In this document: piece after piece, positions 57,464 through 64,000 of the stretch | Numbering within the stretch: the first letter of the stretch is position 1 | Layout: the number at the start of each line of letters is the position of its first letter | From: Candidatus Bathyarchaeota archaeon | GTDB lineage: Archaea; Thermoproteota; Bathyarchaeia; Bathyarchaeales; Bathycorpusculaceae | Direction of reading: 5' to 3' | Length of the DNA: 64,000 nt | Assembly (NCBI GenBank): GCA_963775465.1 | Contig: CAVZIW010000001.1 | Coordinates: 32,001-96,000 of the forward strand | Notes under the pieces: model-generated | What the model was told of the DNA's origin: nothing | Database searches by the model: none | The model's input: the letters and a program-made list of their open reading frames with translations, nothing else | Program-made: the position numbers and the translations under genes

Positions 57464-58477
57464 ATGATCGACTATCTCTTACTCATTTTTCGAATTCTAG
57501 TTTTCCCAGGATTCACATTCATTTTACTGTTAACATTATTCTGTGACTGGATAGAACGAAAAATAGAAGCCCGAATACAAAACCGCGTCGGACCTATGGT
57601 AGCTGGTCCAGCAGGTATACTCCAGCCCTTAGCAGACTTCATTAAACTATTAACCAAGGAAGATATCGAACCAAGAGAAGCAAAAAAACTCGTTTTTCGG
57701 TATGCTCCTTTGTTGGCGCTTGCAATTATGTTTTTTGCTTTTTGCTTCCTACCGATTGACGGCGGGAGTGTACTATCCTTTGGATCAAGTGTAGGTGGAT
57801 TTAACGGTGACTTGATAATTATCTTGGCGTTTGCAACAATTGCAAACTTTTTGTTGTTCCTAGCCGGTTGGGCATCATGTAATCCATATGGTATGATAGG
57901 TTCAGCCAGAGTTTTAACCCAGTTTCTCGGTTATGATATTCCGCTCTTTTTGCTTGCATTAACTCCTGCATTTATCGCTGGAAGCCTACAAATAGCAAAC
58001 ATAGCTTCAGCTCAAGCAACCACGTTTCTGCCTTTCATATTTTTGGCGCCTTGGGCATTTGTAATGTTTGTCATAACTATGCAAGCCGAACTTGAAAAAG
58101 ATCCCTTTGATGTACCTCATTCTGAAAGCGAACTTGTCGGAGGATTAGAAACCGAATACACAGGTGCAAAACTTGCCTTCCTTCATCTTACACGTGATGT
58201 GCAAATTGTCTTCGGCTCAGCGTTAGTCGTAGAATTATTCCTTGGAGGACCATATGGGCCTGTATTTTTTGGTCCATCATGGATCTGGTACAGCCTTTGG
58301 TTTGTTCTCAAAGTAATCGGAGTTGTACTGATATCTGAATACATTACAACTGTGGTTGCCCGTTTCCGAATTGACCAAGTGCTTTCCGGTAACTGGCGAA
58401 TCTTGCTGCCTGCATCCCTGATTTCACTGATCTTAACCGTTGCTTTAGTAACATGGGTTTATCCATTATTGGTGTAA
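57464..58477 (+). CDS. NuoH-like membrane subunit
   Basis: ERKIEARIQNRVGP, GILQPLADFIKL..KE, PFD.P..ESELVGG..TEY.G. Confidence 0.92.
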   Translation: MIDYLLLIFRILVFPGFTFILLLTLFCDWIERKIEARIQNRVGPMVAGPAGILQPLADFIKLLTKEDIEPREAKKLVFRYAPLLALAIMFFAFCFLPIDGGSVLSFGSSVGGFNGDLIIILAFATIANFLLFLAGWASCNPYGMIGSARVLTQFLGYDIPLFLLALTPAFIAGSLQIANIASAQATTFLPFIFLAPWAFVMFVITMQAELEKDPFDVPHSESELVGGLETEYTGAKLAFLHLTRDVQIVFGSALVVELFLGGPYGPVFFGPSWIWYSLWFVLKVIGVVLISEYITTVVARFRIDQVLSGNWRILLPASLISLILTVALVTWVYPLLV

Positions 58478-58482
58478 CAAAA

Positions 58483-58935
58483 ATGGCAAAGAAACGAAGT
58501 ATATCTCCAATATTCAAACGTGCTGCATCCCACATATTCACAAAACCTGCAACAACAAAGTATCCTTTCGTTAAACCTCACCTGCCTGATGATGCTCGAG
58601 GTGAGCCGATGTATGAGATTAAGGCATGCAACATTATCGACATAGGATCAGGTAATTCTGTAGGATTAAGCATAGATGTTAGATCTATAGTTGGATCTAG
58701 CTGTAGAGTTTGTGCAAGGGATTGTCCTACAGGCGCGATCCAAATAGTTCAAGTTGAAGGTAAGGGTCGTCCACAAATTAATCTAAACAAATGCATATTT
58801 TGTCATCAATGTGTCGAAACATGTCCGAGGCATGCAATTAAAGCCTCAGATCTGTACGAGTTAGCAACAACTGACAAGTCTTGCTTAATTATGAAACCTA
58901 ATGTTCAAACTGAACCCAAGGAGACATCAAAATGA
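58483..58935 (+). CDS. NuoI-like 2x[4Fe-4S] subunit
   Basis: T.KYPF, CRVCARDCP, CIFCHQCVETCP. Confidence 0.88.
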   Translation: MAKKRSISPIFKRAASHIFTKPATTKYPFVKPHLPDDARGEPMYEIKACNIIDIGSGNSVGLSIDVRSIVGSSCRVCARDCPTGAIQIVQVEGKGRPQINLNKCIFCHQCVETCPRHAIKASDLYELATTDKSCLIMKPNVQTEPKETSK

Positions 58936-59396
58936 TATTTGAAATTCTAGCTGTCGGATTGCTTATCTCCGTAATGTTAGCTTTGTTTCTTGACGAAGTT
59001 GTCTACTCTGTAGCAGCTCTTGCAGGAACCTTCCTATTCACGGCTTTAATTTATTATATTGATGGTGCGATTTACGCTGCAATTTTTCAGTTTGCTGTAG
59101 GAATAGGTACTTTGGCAGTTCTTTTCTTGTCAGGAGAAATGTTAGGTGATAAGCCAGTCAAGAAAACTTCGCCTACTCGTTTTGGCTTTTTGGTCGGTGT
59201 CGGAGTTTTGTTGTCATTACCCGCAATTTTTATATCAATTTCAGGTCCAGCAGGCATACCCTCTGATTTGACACTTGGAGATGCCTTATGGAATGTAAGA
59301 GGTCTTGACGTTGTTTTGCAAGCAATTGTTGTATTTACTATAGCGCTTGGAATTGGTATTGTTTTATATCAAAAAAACAGGAAGGGCCGAGCGTAA
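58932..59396 (+). CDS. NuoJ-like membrane subunit
   Basis: Hydrophobic, LW..RGLDVVLQ; operon position. Confidence 0.78.
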   Translation: MIFEILAVGLLISVMLALFLDEVVYSVAALAGTFLFTALIYYIDGAIYAAIFQFAVGIGTLAVLFLSGEMLGDKPVKKTSPTRFGFLVGVGVLLSLPAIFISISGPAGIPSDLTLGDALWNVRGLDVVLQAIVVFTIALGIGIVLYQKNRKGRA

Positions 59397-59710
59397 TGGA
59401 CTTTGTTATATTAGCAATAGTTATGTTGGCACTGGGTATCTACGGTCTATTAACAAATCGTCAACTTCTAAAAGTCTTTATATCCCTCGAATTAATCGCG
59501 ACAGCTGCCACTTTGAACTTTGTTTTGTTGGCATCAAACCTAAACTTGGGTCAAGCCTTCCTAATCTTAGCATTCTCTACAGACACTGTTCTCAGTGGAG
59601 TAATCTTAGCTGTACTAGTCATAGTATCAAAACGATACGGGACAAGCGACATGGGCAAAATCGTAAAGTTGATGCAGGAAAAAAAGGAAACTGAGGTCGA
59701 CAAACAATGA
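59396..59710 (+). CDS. NuoK-like membrane subunit
   Basis: GIYGLL..R..LK..ISLELI..A..LNFV. Confidence 0.85.
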   Translation: MDFVILAIVMLALGIYGLLTNRQLLKVFISLELIATAATLNFVLLASNLNLGQAFLILAFSTDTVLSGVILAVLVIVSKRYGTSDMGKIVKLMQEKKETEVDKQ

Positions 59711-61638
59711 TCGAAGAATTCTCAGCATGGCTCGTCTGGGTTATTCCCCTTCTAGCCAGTTTATTCGTACCCCTTATAGGAAAATACAATGAGAAAATCC
59801 GCAATTATTTCGTTGTTGCAATCGCTGCTTTAACGGCTGCATTGGCGTTGTCTTTGGTTCCTGCTGTCTGGTCAGGAAACGGAGAAGCCTTAACAACCAA
59901 CCCATTAAGCTGGATTCCTGGCATTACCGGCATCAGTGCAGGTGTCTACATCGATCCCCTAAGTGTTCTCTTCACCTGTCTAATCGGTTTCTTTGCATTA
60001 GTTATTGCGGTCTACTCCATAGGTTACATGAAAGGGGAAGAGGGTCTATCCAGATACTACTATCTAATCTTACTCTTCATCGGATCAATGATTGGCTTAG
60101 TCCTCGCAGACAACATGCTGCAAATGTTCATCTTCTGGGAAATGGTCGGCTTATGTTCATACGCCCTAATCTCTTTCTGGTACAAAAAACCTGAGTCAAT
60201 CCGCGCAGGCGTTAAAGTCTTCATAATGACCAGGATCGGAGACATCGCTTTACTTGCTGCCATCGGTTTGCTATTCTTGATGTTTAATACTCTTAGCTTC
60301 CGAGGCATAATCGCTGGAATTCAAGCAGGCGGATTTAACATGGACTACATGGTTGCAGTTGCTTTCCTTGTTTTGGGAGGTGCGATCGCAAAGTCCGCTC
60401 AGTTACCATTGTTCACTTGGCTCTATAGCGCAATGGAAGCTCCAACTTCAGTGAGCGCACTTTTACACGCGGCTACGATGGTCAAAGCAGGGGTCTACCT
60501 TCTTGCGAGGTTTATTCTCATAATTTCAGTTGCGCCAGCCATAATTACTGCACTGATGCCTTATTGGTTCCCTGTGGTAACTTGGATAGGCGTTTTAACA
60601 GCCTTAGTTGGGGCTTCATTAGCGCTTACAACTACTGACATTAAAGGAGTTCTCGCCTACTCAACCGTTAGCCAAATCGGTTTTATGATGTCAGCTTTAG
60701 GTGCAGCTGCAACTACTGGGGGATTAATAGGCGAAGGTTGGTTCGCAAGCTTATACCATATGGTTAGTCACGCCTTCTTTGAAGGCCTCGGATTCTTACT
60801 TGCAGGAGGCATAATACATGCAATCGGTACTCGAGACATGCGCTTAATGGGTGGGCTTCGAAAACTGATGCCGACTACTTTTATCCTAATGGGTATAATG
60901 ATAATTACCACCAGCGGGTTACCGCCGTTTGCAGCGTTTTTCAGCAAAGGTTTAATCATTACTAGTGTAACTGGCATTGAAACCTTAGCAGGTTTGGTTC
61001 AAGTGATAATTCTCTACGGTACAGCAGCGTTAACTTTCGCTTATTGTGTGCGTATGTTCAGCTTAGCGTTTATGGCACCAAAAACTGAACACATCGTAAA
61101 ACAGCGTGTTCACGAAGCACCAAAAGTCATGCTGATCCCCGCCGCAATCCTCGCAGGACTTTGCATAGTGTGGGGTCTAGCTGAGCCATTAGTTGCCAGT
61201 TTTATGCATATCGAACTGGCTGAAGGTTTAGTAGGTGCTTTCCTAAATATTGAAACACCCATATTCCTATTATTGCTAGTTCCCACAGGACTCATCGCAT
61301 ATTACACATACTACAAAGGCTACAAAACCGTCAGAAACCTGGCAGGCACCAAAAACCCTCTCTCCACAATCCTAAATCACGCATTCTTCTTCGACGACCT
61401 ATATAGTGCAGTCACCAAAGGTTTAACCCGATTTTCAGAAGGGTTAACCCGAGTAGAAAACACTTTGTTTGCGCGTTATCCTGACTCTGCAGGAACATCC
61501 ATCAGTGAAGCAGCAGAACCTGGTAAAGCAACAACCCTCAAAAGAGGTCCATCAGACTCGTTTAGGAACTATGTTGCAGCTGCAGTTGTTGGCTTCATAC
61601 TAATCATAGTTTTGATAATCATAACCTCAGGAGTGTAA
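59707..61638 (+). CDS. NuoL-like antiporter subunit
   Basis: FWEMVGLCSY.LI, AKSAQLPL..WL..AMEAPTSVSALLHAATMVKAG. Confidence 0.92.
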   Translation: MIEEFSAWLVWVIPLLASLFVPLIGKYNEKIRNYFVVAIAALTAALALSLVPAVWSGNGEALTTNPLSWIPGITGISAGVYIDPLSVLFTCLIGFFALVIAVYSIGYMKGEEGLSRYYYLILLFIGSMIGLVLADNMLQMFIFWEMVGLCSYALISFWYKKPESIRAGVKVFIMTRIGDIALLAAIGLLFLMFNTLSFRGIIAGIQAGGFNMDYMVAVAFLVLGGAIAKSAQLPLFTWLYSAMEAPTSVSALLHAATMVKAGVYLLARFILIISVAPAIITALMPYWFPVVTWIGVLTALVGASLALTTTDIKGVLAYSTVSQIGFMMSALGAAATTGGLIGEGWFASLYHMVSHAFFEGLGFLLAGGIIHAIGTRDMRLMGGLRKLMPTTFILMGIMIITTSGLPPFAAFFSKGLIITSVTGIETLAGLVQVIILYGTAALTFAYCVRMFSLAFMAPKTEHIVKQRVHEAPKVMLIPAAILAGLCIVWGLAEPLVASFMHIELAEGLVGAFLNIETPIFLLLLVPTGLIAYYTYYKGYKTVRNLAGTKNPLSTILNHAFFFDDLYSAVTKGLTRFSEGLTRVENTLFARYPDSAGTSISEAAEPGKATTLKRGPSDSFRNYVAAAVVGFILIIVLIIITSGV

Positions 61639-61640
61639 AA

Positions 61641-63227
61641 ATGTCGCTACCAATATTACTAGCAGTATTCGCTATACCTTCAATAAGCATCCCATTCGTC
61701 TACTTTACAGGAAAAAAATCGCCTAAGGCAGCAGCTTTTTTCGTTGCCCTAATCGCGCTAATCAACATTGCTTTAGTGATGTCTACAATTCCAGCTATAT
61801 TGTCGAATGGTTCTTATGCTGAATCTTACACTTGGATTCCAACAATCCTCAACACTGAATTTACTCTTTATTTGGACGGGATAAGCGCCTCTGTAGCGCT
61901 AATCAGCTTGGTGCTTATGTTTGTCGCTTCAATATTCTCCATAAATTACATGGAAGGAAAAAAGAACTTAGCATCATACTATGCTTTGCTTTGCATGCTA
62001 AGCGTGGGCTTAGTCGGGGTTTTCCTAACCAGCAACCTTATACTATTCTACTTCTGCTGGGAACTTATGCTTGTACCCGCCTACTTCATAGTGGGAGAAT
62101 GGGGCTATCGGAACGCATACAAATCTGCCTTTAAACTCTTCATATTTACCCATGCAGGCGCAGTCTTTGTGCTCTTAGGGATCGGAGCAATCTATTACCT
62201 AACAGGTTACACTGATATGTTTCAAGCCCAAACTGCCTTAATGACAGCGGCTCCAGATATCATTAAATGGGTTCTAATTGCGCTAACAGCAGGATTTGCT
62301 GTTAAGATGGCTGTTTTTCCAGTACACATGTGGCTACCCGATGCTCACTCTGAAGCACCTGCCCCAATGTCTGCTCTTCTAAGTGGCGTTATAATCAGCG
62401 CTGGAGCTTACGCAATTCTAAGATTATCCTTTGGCATTGTATTTCCCGCAGTTGGGGTAGCATTCGGAACAGATTTTCTGCATTCCTTGGCAATAGTGGG
62501 AATCATTACTGCCTTCTTTGGATCACTTCTCTCTCTTGTTGCAACTGACATAAAACGTGTCATAGCATACTCGAGCATCGCTCACATGGGCTACATAATG
62601 TTTGGGCTCTCCCTCTTCCCAGTTGCATTAGCAACAGGTAACTCTGTACTCTTAGCCTCAGCGTCGGCAATTGCAATTGTCGGAACAGTTCTACACATTA
62701 TTACTCATGCAGCAAGCAAAGGTCTTTTCTTCCTTACTGCAGGTGGTGTTATGCATCAAACTGAGCAAAGAGACATACGCAAAATGGGTGGCTTAGCTGG
62801 AAAAATGCCTTTCTCAGCAGTTTCCGGAACCATAGCAGCATTAAGTATTTCCGGGGCTCCACCGTTTGCTTGCTTTATCAGTGAATTTCTTATCTTTGTT
62901 GGCGCCTTCCAAATTATGAAAGCCGACACATTCTACATTATCCCCACGGCGTTGATGCTGATTGCAACTGTATTCTCACTAGCTTACTCTTTGAGATTCA
63001 TTTCTAAAGTGTTCCTTGGAGCATCAAAAGATGAACCAGGCGCCGAGGAGGCTCATAAAACTCTCGCAGAACATATTAAAGCAGAAGCCCACAAAATTGT
63101 TGACGTACCAAGCTACATGAAGGCTTCGTTGGCTATCTTGGTAGTTCTGGTTGTGCTTATCGGGATCTACCCGGCGTTCTTTATGAATCTAATACAAACA
63201 GTGCAATTCGGAGAGCCAGTTGGTTAG
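61641..63227 (+). CDS. NuoM-like antiporter subunit
   Basis: WELMLVP.YF, K...FPVH.WLPDAHSEAP, KR.IAYSSIAHMG. Confidence 0.92.
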   Translation: MSLPILLAVFAIPSISIPFVYFTGKKSPKAAAFFVALIALINIALVMSTIPAILSNGSYAESYTWIPTILNTEFTLYLDGISASVALISLVLMFVASIFSINYMEGKKNLASYYALLCMLSVGLVGVFLTSNLILFYFCWELMLVPAYFIVGEWGYRNAYKSAFKLFIFTHAGAVFVLLGIGAIYYLTGYTDMFQAQTALMTAAPDIIKWVLIALTAGFAVKMAVFPVHMWLPDAHSEAPAPMSALLSGVIISAGAYAILRLSFGIVFPAVGVAFGTDFLHSLAIVGIITAFFGSLLSLVATDIKRVIAYSSIAHMGYIMFGLSLFPVALATGNSVLLASASAIAIVGTVLHIITHAASKGLFFLTAGGVMHQTEQRDIRKMGGLAGKMPFSAVSGTIAALSISGAPPFACFISEFLIFVGAFQIMKADTFYIIPTALMLIATVFSLAYSLRFISKVFLGASKDEPGAEEAHKTLAEHIKAEAHKIVDVPSYMKASLAILVVLVVLIGIYPAFFMNLIQTVQFGEPVG

Positions 63228-63245
63228 GAGAATAGGTGAAGAATA

Positions 63246-64000
63246 ATGGTACAAATAATCGACATAATATTGCCCGTACTTTCTCTGGTGATCGCATCAC
63301 TACTTACACTTCCTGTTTTTAGAGTAATACGAAAAAGTACCCATAAAACAGCCTTAACTCTGGCTTGGGTTGTTGTTTCCATAGGTATAGCAAGCTTAGC
63401 CGTCATCAACTTGGCAATAGGCTACTATAGCACGGTTAATCCAACTTCATTAAACCTAGCCATAGATGGTACTACTTCAACTGCCATAACCAGCAGTTTT
63501 CTCATAGACGCGATATCTATTTTTATGGCGATAATTATCGTAGCAACAGCTGCAGTTGTGCTCATCTACACGGTGTTTTTTGTCAACTTAAACGAACGCC
63601 CTTCCGATCGATATATAGCAATCATGTTAATGCTGACAGCAGCTATTCTTGGAGCAGTCCTCGCAGGCGACCTTTTAACATTCTTCATCTTCTGGGAAGC
63701 CGCAACTGCCGCAGCAGTGTTCTTAATCTTGTACAAAAAGAACGCCTTCAGCCTAAACGCTACACTGAAGTACATGGTGATGGTCATAATTGCGTCAGCC
63801 TTCGTATTAATGGGTCTTTCAATTGTATACGGTATAACTGGCAGCCTCAACTATATCGCAGTTAGAGACGCATTGGGCGTAATAACTTCCTCCCAACAAA
63901 ATCTTCTCATCATTGCATTCATCTTCATTGCGGCTGGATACGCAATTGAAGCTGCAGTTGTTCCTTTCCACTTCTGGCTTCCAGATGCATATACTGCAGC
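63246..64000 (+). CDS. NuoN-like antiporter subunit (partial, runs off the window)
   Basis: Open frame MVQIIDIILPV...GDLLTFFIFWE...VPFHFWLPDAYTA. Confidence 0.85.
   Translation, partial: MVQIIDIILPVLSLVIASLLTLPVFRVIRKSTHKTALTLAWVVVSIGIASLAVINLAIGYYSTVNPTSLNLAIDGTTSTAITSSFLIDAISIFMAIIIVATAAVVLIYTVFFVNLNERPSDRYIAIMLMLTAAILGAVLAGDLLTFFIFWEAATAAAVFLILYKKNAFSLNATLKYMVMVIIASAFVLMGLSIVYGITGSLNYIAVRDALGVITSSQQNLLIIAFIFIAAGYAIEAAVVPFHFWLPDAYTA

Noticed and set aside
9111-63850. Numerous short ORFs antisense to or nested in long genes
   Set aside because: Shadow ORFs of well-supported CDSs

Overview
Archaeal chromosomal segment, most likely Bathyarchaeia (inferred from TFB, TFS, PolB2, LysW, multiple large PQQ-like beta-propeller surface proteins and a group 4 [NiFe] hydrogenase). 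The left ~35 kb is an accessory region. A tyrosine integrase overlaps the 5' end of a degenerate tRNA-Gly(GCC), and a perfect 195-bp direct repeat (1161-1355 / 24347-24541) brackets a ~23-kb integrated element. That element holds a 3606-bp pure homopolymer block (A922-T1403-A1281) that cuts through two genes and is most likely an artefact or masked sequence. It also carries two beta-propeller genes each preceded by an uncalled tiny RING-like zinc-finger gene, a decayed virus-like ParB/ABC-ATPase/GNAT module with a candidate programmed -1 frameshift, and a TrmB cassette with three near-identical palindromic operators. Next come a RadA-like/small protein/PolB2 operon, a GH5 hydrolase, an orphan LysW, a third beta-propeller and an intact tRNA-Gly(GCC). 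The right half carries tfb, ppa, tfs, glycosyltransferases, an aldo/keto reductase, a B12 radical SAM enzyme, two ABC systems and a complex-I-like [NiFe] hydrogenase operon running off the window. Frequent single-base frameshifts suggest long-read consensus errors or decay, so pseudogene calls are provisional.
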